Below, one piece after another: positions 1 to 7,762 of a stretch of DNA of 51,045 nucleotides. Source of the DNA: Bacilli bacterium (GTDB lineage: Bacteria > Bacillota_I > Bacilli_A > RF39 > UBA660); assembly GCA_036667875.1 (NCBI GenBank), contig JAVWTD010000006.1, forward strand, positions 1 through 51,045. Reading direction: 5' to 3'. The notes under the pieces are model-generated. The model was not told the origin of the DNA, ran no database searches, and saw only the letters and a list, made by a program, of their open reading frames with translations. Numbering within the stretch: the stretch's first letter is position 1; every line of letters begins with the position of its first letter. The position numbers and the translations under genes are program-made.

Positions 1-300
1 AACAATCATTAAAATTATTAATATCAAATCAATGTTCCACGTGAAACATAAAGAACAATCATTAAAATTATTAATATCAAATCAATGTTCCACGTGAAAC
101 ATAAAGAATAATAATTAAAACTATTAGTGTTAAAACAATGTTCCACGTGAAACATAAAGAACAATAATTAAAACTATTAGTGCTAAAACAATGTTCCACG
201 TGAAACATAATCAAATCAAATCATATTAAATAATAATTTCTCAGGAAATAGAATTTAAAAAATATAATTAATTTAAATCAATGTTCCACGTGAAACATAA
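1..300. repeat. parS: Tandem repeat array carrying five parS sites (TGTTCCACGTGAAACA at 33-48, 86-101, 139-154, 192-207, 282-297)
   Basis: Five identical 22-bp cores CAATGTTCCACGTGAAACATAA match the Spo0J/ParB consensus TGTTNCACGTGAAACA. Start-to-start spacing is 53, 53, 53 and 90 bp, and the linkers are homologous. parA/parB are at 20056-21727. Confidence 0.95.
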
Positions 301-337
301 AAAAATAATAATTAAAAACGTTAGTATACAATAATAT

Positions 338-366
338 TTGCATAAAAATAATTATTGTTGTATATT
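338..366 (+). promoter_or_regulatory. sigma-A-type promoter for SRP RNA
   Basis: TTGCAT (338-343), 17 bp, TATATT (361-366), just before the RNA stem at 373. Confidence 0.65.
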
Positions 367-372
367 TAATAT

Positions 373-443
373 GCACAACATTTATGGTTGAATCAGGTCA
401 GAGTTGGAAGACAGCAGCCTTAAAACCCACTAAATGTGTGTGC
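373..443 (+). ncRNA. ffs: Small SRP RNA (4.5S type)
   Basis: CAGGTCAGAGTTGGAAGACAGCAGCC matches SRP domain IV (GGAA tetraloop, CAG/AGCAG internal loop). Closing stem GCACA-ACATTTA / TAAATGTGTGTGC is followed by a T tract. Located next to tadA/dnaX as in Firmicutes. Confidence 0.9.
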
Positions 444-480
444 TTTTTTATATCTAGGAGTGATACAAATTAATGATTTT

Positions 481-909
481 ATGAATGAAGCAATTAAAGA
501 AGCAAAAAAAGCTTTGAAACATAATGATATTCCTGTCGGAGCAGTTATAGTTAAAAATAATAAGATAATAGCAAAAGCTCATAATAAAAAGGAATTAAAA
601 AAATGTTCGACAAAACATGCTGAAATAATAGCAATTGAAATTGCGTGTAAAAAACTAAAAACTTGGCATTTAGATGACTGCGATCTTTATGTAACACTTG
701 AACCTTGTTTAATGTGTTGCGGTGCTATAATACAAAGTAGATTAAAAAATATATACTATGGAACTACTTCCAATAAATTTGGATATGTAAAAAGCATAGA
801 TAATGTTTTTGAAAATAAGAACAATTATAAACCTGAACATATAGAAAATTTAAATGTTATAGGTTGTTCTAAGTTATTAGTTGATTTTTTTAAAGATAAA
901 AGGAAATAG
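481..909 (+). CDS. tadA: tRNA adenosine(34) deaminase (start uncertain: ATG 481 or ATT 469)
   Basis: PVGAVIV, HAE and TLEPCLMC zinc-deaminase motifs; adjacent to ffs and dnaX. Confidence 0.9.
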   Translation: MNEAIKEAKKALKHNDIPVGAVIVKNNKIIAKAHNKKELKKCSTKHAEIIAIEIACKKLKTWHLDDCDLYVTLEPCLMCCGAIIQSRLKNIYYGTTSNKFGYVKSIDNVFENKNNYKPEHIENLNVIGCSKLLVDFFKDKRK

Positions 910-929
910 TAAAGTCTATTCCTTTTTTT
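901..929 (+). terminator. Probable intrinsic terminator after tadA
   Basis: AGGAAATAG / CTATTCCT stem plus T run. Confidence 0.5.
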
Positions 930-972
930 AAAAATATAATTATGTTATAATTTAATATAAAGAGGTGATAAA

Positions 973-2763
973 ATGTACCAAGCATTATATAGAAAATATA
1001 GACCTTCAACGTTTGAAAATGTTGTTGGACAAGATGTTATTATAAAAACTTTAAAAAACGCTATAAAAAATAATCAATTATCTCATGCATACATCTTTAG
1101 TGGTCCAAGAGGAACGGGAAAAACATCCGTTGCAAAAATATTAGGTAAGGCTGTTAATTGTTTATCAGATGATGAACTGATTTGTAACAAGTGTCGTTCG
1201 TGTTTACAAATCATTGATAAACAAAGTACAGATATTATAGAAATAGATGCTGCATCTAATAATGGAATAGATGAAATAAGAGAAATAAGAAACAAAGTAA
1301 ATTACGTTCCAACAAATGGAAAATATAAAATTTATATAATTGATGAAGTCCATATGCTTACAACTGGAGCCTTTAATGCTTTATTAAAGACCTTAGAAGA
1401 ACCTCCAGCACATGTAATATTTATATTAGCAACCACTGAACCTCATAAAATACCTTCAACAATTCTATCTAGATGTCAAAAATTTGATTTTAAAAAAATA
1501 AATAATACTAGTATGATTAATAGAATCAAAAAAATTGCTAACGAAGAAAACATAAATGTAACAGATGACGCAATAAAAGAAATAGTAAGATTAGCAGATG
1601 GTGGTATGAGAGACTGTATAAGCCTTCTAGACCAAGTTAACTCATATAGTGATGACCAAATAACACTTGAAGATATTCACGAAATAAACGGTTCTATAGA
1701 CAAAATGAGCGTATTAGAAATTATTAGAGATTTGTTTAATAAAGATATAAGCAATTTATTAAAAAAGATAAATAAATTCTATGATGATGGGAAAAATATA
1801 GTTAAAATAGCTGAAGAAGTATTATTAAATTTGAAAAATATATTACTATTAAATATTGATATTAGTTTAGTTGAAAATAATGAAATTTATACACCATTTA
1901 AGGTTATTGAAAAAAAAGAAATAATGAAAGTTATTGATGTGTTAAATAAAGGAATAAATGATATTAAAATTAGTAACGATCCAAAATTAGCACTAGAATT
2001 AATTTTTATTAAATTTTGTTCAGAATTAAATCAGGATATTAAAATTATATTTGAAGATAAAATTATAGATAATATAGATTTTGAAAAAGAAGAAAACAAA
2101 ATAAATGAAAAAGAAAGAGTTGTGCAAGAAAGTAATGCATTAAAATCGGAAGAAGAATATAATATTGTCAAAAACAAAGAAAAATTTAATGAATCTAACA
2201 GTAATAATCATGATGATGAAGAAGAGATTACAAAAAGTATTGCTTTAGATGAAAATAATTGCAATATAAAAGATTGTGATTCTTTCGAAAATATAATGGA
2301 TAAACTAAAAGAAATAAGAGTAAATAATGCACTCTCTAATTTTTCGAAGCAAACATTAATTAATTATAGAAATAATGTTAATAAATTTAAAAATTATTCT
2401 TTTGATAATGAATTTTCCTATGCTGCTGATATTATTTTGGATGGAGAATTAAAAATTGCCTCTAATGAATATTTAGTATTTGTCTATGACACGGCATTAT
2501 CAGTATTATCATTTAATAAAAATATAAAAGCTATTGAAAAATTAATAAACAAAGTTTTCGAAAAAGAATTTAAGGTAACAGCCATAGTGTTGGAAGAATG
2601 GGAAATAATAAAAGAAAAATTTAACGAATCACTAAAAAATGGTGTTAATCTATATGATTATATAGAAGAAGACAATGGCGTATTTAATAGTTTGATAAAA
2701 AAAATAGAAGAAGAAAATAACGATTTAGATTCAATATATGGATCATTAATCGAATATGAATAG
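973..2763 (+). CDS. dnaX: DNA polymerase III subunit gamma/tau
   Basis: MYQALYRKYRP start, Walker A GPRGTGKT, Cys zinc motif, IIDEVHML, SRC. Confidence 0.97.
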   Translation: MYQALYRKYRPSTFENVVGQDVIIKTLKNAIKNNQLSHAYIFSGPRGTGKTSVAKILGKAVNCLSDDELICNKCRSCLQIIDKQSTDIIEIDAASNNGIDEIREIRNKVNYVPTNGKYKIYIIDEVHMLTTGAFNALLKTLEEPPAHVIFILATTEPHKIPSTILSRCQKFDFKKINNTSMINRIKKIANEENINVTDDAIKEIVRLADGGMRDCISLLDQVNSYSDDQITLEDIHEINGSIDKMSVLEIIRDLFNKDISNLLKKINKFYDDGKNIVKIAEEVLLNLKNILLLNIDISLVENNEIYTPFKVIEKKEIMKVIDVLNKGINDIKISNDPKLALELIFIKFCSELNQDIKIIFEDKIIDNIDFEKEENKINEKERVVQESNALKSEEEYNIVKNKEKFNESNSNNHDDEEEITKSIALDENNCNIKDCDSFENIMDKLKEIRVNNALSNFSKQTLINYRNNVNKFKNYSFDNEFSYAADIILDGELKIASNEYLVFVYDTALSVLSFNKNIKAIEKLINKVFEKEFKVTAIVLEEWEIIKEKFNESLKNGVNLYDYIEEDNGVFNSLIKKIEEENNDLDSIYGSLIEYE

Positions 2764-2772
2764 GAGAAAAAT

Positions 2773-3069
2773 ATGAATATACAAGCTTTAATGAAACAAG
2801 CACAAAAAATGCAAAAGGATATGATGCAGTCTAAAGAAGAAATAGATAAAATGGAATTTTCAAGTGAAACATCATTTGTAAAAATAACTGCTACAGGAGA
2901 TAAAAAGATAAACTCAGTAAAAATCGATAAAGACATGCTAGACTCAGATGATATTGAAATTCTTGAAGATTTATTGCAAGTTACTATGAATGATGTTCTA
3001 TGTAAAATAGAAAAAGTAACTGAGGAAAAAATGGGTAAATATGCTCAAGGAATGCCAGGTTTATTTTAA
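2773..3069 (+). CDS. ybaB: YbaB/EbfC nucleoid-associated protein
   Basis: MKQAQKMQ motif, LEDL, GMPGLF end; between dnaX and recR. Confidence 0.93.
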   Translation: MNIQALMKQAQKMQKDMMQSKEEIDKMEFSSETSFVKITATGDKKINSVKIDKDMLDSDDIEILEDLLQVTMNDVLCKIEKVTEEKMGKYAQGMPGLF

Positions 3070-3674
3070 TGAACTATCCAGAACCTATAATAAATTTAAT
3101 TAATTGCTTTAAGAGATTACCTGGAATAGGTGAAAAGACAGCAGAAAGAATGGCATTAGCTACTATTAAATTAGATAATAAAACAGTTGATACATTTTCT
3201 AAAAGCATAATTCAAGCTAAATATGAAATTAAAAGATGTAAAAAATGTAATAATTATAGTACTGATGATATTTGTAGTATTTGTAATAATAAAAGTAGAG
3301 AAAATAAAACAATATGTGTAGTAGAAGAACCAAAAAACATTAATCTATTCGAAAAAACTGGTTCGTTTAATGGACTATACCATGTTCTAGATGGACTTAT
3401 ATCTCCTTTAGACGGGATTAATCCAGAAGATATTAATCTAAAATCCTTATTTAAAAGAATAAAGGATGAGGATATTGAGGAAGTTATTATTGCCGTTAAA
3501 ACGAGTATTGAAGGTGAAACAACATCACTTTATATCTTAAAAATGTTAGAAGATACAAAAACTACAGTATCAAAAATAGCACATGGCGTTCCTATGGGAG
3601 CGGATATAGATTATCTAGACACTTTTACTTTAGAAATGGCTCTAGAAGATAGAAAAAAAATATCTAAAATATAG
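3069..3674 (+). CDS. recR: Recombination mediator RecR
   Basis: LPGIGEKTAERMA HhH, C4 zinc finger, Toprim domain. Confidence 0.97.
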   Translation: MNYPEPIINLINCFKRLPGIGEKTAERMALATIKLDNKTVDTFSKSIIQAKYEIKRCKKCNNYSTDDICSICNNKSRENKTICVVEEPKNINLFEKTGSFNGLYHVLDGLISPLDGINPEDINLKSLFKRIKDEDIEEVIIAVKTSIEGETTSLYILKMLEDTKTTVSKIAHGVPMGADIDYLDTFTLEMALEDRKKISKI

Positions 3675-3715
3675 AATATTATGCTTTTATTACCATAGTT
3701 TATAATGGTGATATA

Positions 3716-3901
3716 ATGAAAAATTTTATTAATATATTAAAAAGATTTATTTATAGTTTTTTATTGATTTATGGATACAATATGATTATGTATCCTTTAA
3801 ATTTATTAATACCTATTAATATTTATACTCTATTTCTTGTTTATTTATTTAAACTTTATGGATTTATATTTTTAATTCTAATGTTAATAATAATTTTCTA
3901 G
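3716..3901 (+). CDS. bofA: BofA-family small membrane protein (pro-sigmaK processing inhibitor-like)
   Basis: 61 aa, hydrophobic, LLIYGYN..IPINIYT pattern; downstream of recR as in B. subtilis. Confidence 0.6.
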   Translation: MKNFINILKRFIYSFLLIYGYNMIMYPLNLLIPINIYTLFLVYLFKLYGFIFLILMLIIIF

Positions 3902-3912
3902 AAGAGGTGCAG

Positions 3913-4812
3913 ATGTTAGAAAAATATTGTAATGATCAGAAAATTGCTTATAAAATTTTATCTAATGCGATAAAAAAAGATTTAATATCTCATGCTTATA
4001 TTATTGAAACAAAAAAGTATGAGAAATCTTTTGATTTTGCATTAGCTTTTGCAGCAGACATATTTTCACAAAAAAAAGATATTTACAATCTATTACTAGA
4101 AAATAGTTATCCTGATTTTAGAATTGTATCTACAGAAAATTTACAGTACAAAAAGGAAGATATAATAAATCTTCAAAACGAGTTTAAAACAAAACCAATT
4201 TGTGGGAAATACAAAATATATATAATAAAAGAATGCGAAAAACTAAATAAAGTAACATCAAATGCAATTTTAAAATTTTTAGAAGAACCAGAAGAAGGTA
4301 TAATTGCAATCTTGTTAGTTGAGAATAGATTTCAATTAATGAAAACTATTATTTCTAGATGTCAAATAATTGATCTAAAAAATGATGTTAGAAGTGAAAA
4401 AACATTAGAAAAAATTTATAAAAATTTAGATGGGACAGAATCAATAGAAAATATTACTGCAAAAATCGAGAATTTAATAAAATTTATATTATGTATAGAA
4501 AAATATAAAAAAGGTGCTTTATTATTTGAAAACAAATATTTTTTAAACCAATTTAAAACTAAAGAACAAATTTATATAGCAACAGAATTACTTATTTTAT
4601 TTTATAAAGAAATAATTAATTATAAAAATGGATTAAGTATCGAGTATTTCATTGAGTATAGTGATATAATAAAAAAAATAACTGAAAAAACAGACAATGA
4701 TGTTTTATTATCTAAAATTAATGTTATAATAAGAAATCAAAAAAAACTTTTTTTTAATGTTAATAACAATCTATTTTTAGATAAACTTATAATTGAACTT
4801 GGAGGAATTTAA
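3913..4812 (+). CDS. holB: DNA polymerase III delta-prime subunit (degenerate; start 3907 or 3913)
   Basis: SHAYI, YPDF, NAILKFLEEP, TIISRCQ; precedes ricT. Confidence 0.88.
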   Translation: MLEKYCNDQKIAYKILSNAIKKDLISHAYIIETKKYEKSFDFALAFAADIFSQKKDIYNLLLENSYPDFRIVSTENLQYKKEDIINLQNEFKTKPICGKYKIYIIKECEKLNKVTSNAILKFLEEPEEGIIAILLVENRFQLMKTIISRCQIIDLKNDVRSEKTLEKIYKNLDGTESIENITAKIENLIKFILCIEKYKKGALLFENKYFLNQFKTKEQIYIATELLILFYKEIINYKNGLSIEYFIEYSDIIKKITEKTDNDVLLSKINVIIRNQKKLFFNVNNNLFLDKLIIELGGI

Positions 4813-5598
4813 ATGAAAGAAATGATTAAAGTATCTTTTAAAGAAAAAGGAAAAAGTTATTATTTCAATACAAATGATATAGAACTTAAAAAAGATTTAA
4901 CAGTAATTGTAAAAACTGAAAAAGGGCTTCAATTTGGGAAAACAACAAGCAATCCGGAAAAATTTAATGAGAATATATTAAAATCAGAATTGAAACCAGT
5001 CATTAGAATTGCAACAAAATCTGACTATGATGAAAACAAAAAAAACAACAGCGATGCTTTAATTGCTTTGAAAAAATGTAAAGAATTAGTAGTGAAAAAC
5101 GAATTAAAAATGCAAATTGTAGATTGTATGTACACATTTGATAGAGACCAACTTATTTTTAGATTTTTAGCTGATAGTAGAATTGATTTTAGAAACTTAG
5201 CTAAAGAGTTAGCATCTATTTATAAGACTAGAATTGAATTAAGACAAATTGGAGTTAGAGATAAAGCAAAGGAAATAGGAGGAATAGGTCCTTGTGGAAG
5301 ATGCTTTTGTTGTAATAAATTTTTAACAGATTTTGATTCTGTTTCAATTAGTATGGCAAAAGATCAAAATTTGGCTTTAAACCCAAGTAAAATAAATGGT
5401 GTTTGCGGAAGATTATTATGTTGTTTAAAATATGAAGATGAAAATTATAAAGAATGTAGAAAATGTCTACCAGCCCTAGGAAGCAAGATTGTTATTTCAG
5501 AAGGAGAAGGAAAAGTAGTAAGTATAAATATTTTAGAAAAAAAATATACTGTGTTTATTCCTAATGTCGGCGAAATAGAAAAGAAATGTAATGAGTAA
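4813..5598 (+). CDS. ricT: PSP1/RicT (YaaT) Fe-S regulatory protein
   Basis: RIDFRNL, RIELRQIGVRD, GPCGR..CC, GVCGRLLCCLKYE. Confidence 0.93.
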   Translation: MKEMIKVSFKEKGKSYYFNTNDIELKKDLTVIVKTEKGLQFGKTTSNPEKFNENILKSELKPVIRIATKSDYDENKKNNSDALIALKKCKELVVKNELKMQIVDCMYTFDRDQLIFRFLADSRIDFRNLAKELASIYKTRIELRQIGVRDKAKEIGGIGPCGRCFCCNKFLTDFDSVSISMAKDQNLALNPSKINGVCGRLLCCLKYEDENYKECRKCLPALGSKIVISEGEGKVVSINILEKKYTVFIPNVGEIEKKCNE

Positions 5599-6319
5599 AA
5601 TTAAAAACTATTTATTAGGGTATAATAATTTATATATAATGCAGGATGAAAATATGTTTAATTTTTCTCTTGATTCAGTGCTTTTACCAAATTTTGTTAC
5701 AATAAATAAAAGAGTAACAAAAATTATGGATATAGGTTGTGGAAATGCACCTATACCATTAATATTATCAACATTTTCAAATGCTAAAATATATGGTGTT
5801 GAAATACAAAAAGAAGTAGCTGATTTAGCGAAAGAATCAGTAAAAATTAATAATTTAGAAAACAGAATTGAAATAATAAATAAAGATATAAATGAATACT
5901 ATAAAGAATTAGAATCTGATCAATTTGACATAATAACATGTAATCCTCCATATTTTAAATATAATGAAAATTCAAAATTAAATATTAGTGACTATAAAAA
6001 AATTGCGCGACACGAAATAATGTTAGATTTAAATAAATTGTTTATAATTAGTAAAAAATTATTAAAAAACAATGGAAAAATAGCTATTGTTCATAGACCT
6101 GAAAGATTAAGTGATATAATATTAGAAATGAAAGCTAATAATATTGAACCCAAAAAAATAAGATTTGTTCATCCAAGAGAAGACGAAGACGCCAACATTT
6201 TACTTATTGAAGGTACAAAAAATGGAAAACCAGGTATAAAAATTCTTCCCCCCATCTATTCTCATGAAAAAGATGGAAACTATACAAAACAAATTTCTAA
6301 ATATTTTGAAAAAAGGTGA
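5591..6319 (+). CDS. tRNA1(Val) A37 N6-methyltransferase (YabB/TrmN6 family)
   Basis: FSLDSVLL, DIGCGN, NPPYF, ARHE motifs. Confidence 0.88.
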   Translation: MSKIKNYLLGYNNLYIMQDENMFNFSLDSVLLPNFVTINKRVTKIMDIGCGNAPIPLILSTFSNAKIYGVEIQKEVADLAKESVKINNLENRIEIINKDINEYYKELESDQFDIITCNPPYFKYNENSKLNISDYKKIARHEIMLDLNKLFIISKKLLKNNGKIAIVHRPERLSDIILEMKANNIEPKKIRFVHPREDEDANILLIEGTKNGKPGIKILPPIYSHEKDGNYTKQISKYFEKR

Positions 6320-6323
6320 TAAA

Positions 6324-7160
6324 ATGTCTCAAAAAAGTTATAATAATTCTGCTACATTGTATCTAATTCCAACTCCAATTGGAAATATGGAAGATATGAC
6401 CTATAGAGCAGTGAAAATACTAAATGAAGTGGAAATTGTTTTATCTGAAGATACAAGAGTTACAGGAATTCTTTTAAAACATTACAATATAAAAAAAAGA
6501 CTGATTGCAAATCATGAACATAATGAAATTAAAAATAAAGAAATGGTAATTAATCTGTTAGAAGATGGAAAAAGCATAGGATTAGTTAGTGACAGAGGAA
6601 CTCCTGTTATTAGTGACCCGGGTTTTGAAATTGCTAAATATGCAATTGAAAAAGGTTACAATGTTGTAGCTCTACCAGGAGCTACTGCCTTAATTCCAGC
6701 ACTTATATGTTCAGGACTTAATCCAATGCCATTTACTTTTTATGGTTTTTTAAACAGTAAAGAATCGAAAAGAAAAACAGAACTTGAAACATTAAAAAAC
6801 ATTAAAAACACTATAATTTTTTATGAAGCCCCTCATAGAATAACCAAAACACTAGAAAATGTTCTTGATATTTTAGGTAATCGTAAAATGTGTGTAGCAA
6901 GAGAAATAAGTAAAAAATTTGAAGAAATTTATCGTGGTACAGTTAAAGAAGTGATAGAAGAAACTAAAGATATAAAAGGTGAAATTGTTTTCCTTATAGA
7001 GGGAAATAATGAAGTTAACGATTTTAATGATATAACAATAAATGAGCAAATTAATATGTTTATAGAGGAAGGATTTTCTCAAATGGAAGCAATAAAAAAG
7101 GTTTCTAAATTAAGAAATATTCCTAAGAGTGAAATATATAATAAATATCATAATAAGTAG
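6324..7160 (+). CDS. rsmI: 16S rRNA C1402 2'-O-methyltransferase
   Basis: LYLIPTPIGN, EDTR, SDRGTPVISDPG, FYEAPHR; SD AGGTGA before ATG 6324. Confidence 0.95.
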   Translation: MSQKSYNNSATLYLIPTPIGNMEDMTYRAVKILNEVEIVLSEDTRVTGILLKHYNIKKRLIANHEHNEIKNKEMVINLLEDGKSIGLVSDRGTPVISDPGFEIAKYAIEKGYNVVALPGATALIPALICSGLNPMPFTFYGFLNSKESKRKTELETLKNIKNTIIFYEAPHRITKTLENVLDILGNRKMCVAREISKKFEEIYRGTVKEVIEETKDIKGEIVFLIEGNNEVNDFNDITINEQINMFIEEGFSQMEAIKKVSKLRNIPKSEIYNKYHNK

Positions 7161-7167
7161 GTGAAAA

Positions 7168-7719
7168 ATGAAATTAATTGTAGGATTAGGAAATCCTGGA
7201 AAAGAATATTCTAATACAAGACATAATGTTGGGTTTATGGTTATTGATAAGTATGTACAGGAAAAAGGATTAAATCAAAAGGAAAAAATGAATGGAATCT
7301 TTTCTGAAGAAATCAAAAATGGAGAAAAATTTATTTATTTAAAACCACAAACATATATAAATCTTTCTGGACAAGTTATAAGTCAATTTATGAATTTTTA
7401 TAAAATTGATGTAGAAGATATTTTAATAATACATGATGATTTAGATACATCGATAGGAAAAATGAAAATAAGATTGTCTGGAGGAAGTGCTGGTCATAAT
7501 GGTTTAAAAAATATTGAATCTTGTATAGGAACTAAAAATTATAAAAGAATAAAAATAGGAATTTCAAATAATAAAAATATTGATACAAAAAACTATGTTT
7601 TAGGTAAATTTAGCAAAGATGAGACTATTCTAATAAATGATGATTTGGATAAGGCTTATAATATTTTAAATGATTTTGGAAGCATAACTCCTGAAAATTT
7701 AATGAACAAGTATAATTAA
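7168..7719 (+). CDS. pth: Peptidyl-tRNA hydrolase
   Basis: LIVGLGNPG, TRHNVGF, HDDLD, GHNGLK. Confidence 0.97.
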   Translation: MKLIVGLGNPGKEYSNTRHNVGFMVIDKYVQEKGLNQKEKMNGIFSEEIKNGEKFIYLKPQTYINLSGQVISQFMNFYKIDVEDILIIHDDLDTSIGKMKIRLSGGSAGHNGLKNIESCIGTKNYKRIKIGISNNKNIDTKNYVLGKFSKDETILINDDLDKAYNILNDFGSITPENLMNKYN

Positions 7720-7741
7720 TGATATGAAAATATCATTTTTG
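7718..7741 (+). terminator. Possible intrinsic terminator after pth
   Basis: AATGATAT-GAAA-ATATCATT followed by Ts. Confidence 0.5.
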
Positions 7742-7762
7742 TTGTAAGAAAGGAAAAGTAAA

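Noticed and set aside
30-300. CRISPR array (22-bp palindromic repeat with 31-bp spacers)
   Set aside because: The spacers are copies of one another, the repeat is the parS consensus, and there are no cas genes in the window.
436-480. ORF-track GTG start for tadA
   Set aside because: It lies inside the SRP RNA 3' stem and T tract and upstream of the SD.
1905-1925. dnaX programmed frameshift at the A8 run
   Set aside because: It is not in the A-AAA-AAG frame, lies inside domain III, has no evident stimulatory hairpin, and A runs are common in this AT-rich DNA.
6317-6319. Genetic code 4 (TGA = Trp) given the Mollicutes-like composition
   Set aside because: TGA terminates genes at the expected lengths (6317, 15973, 29254), and conserved Trp residues use TGG.
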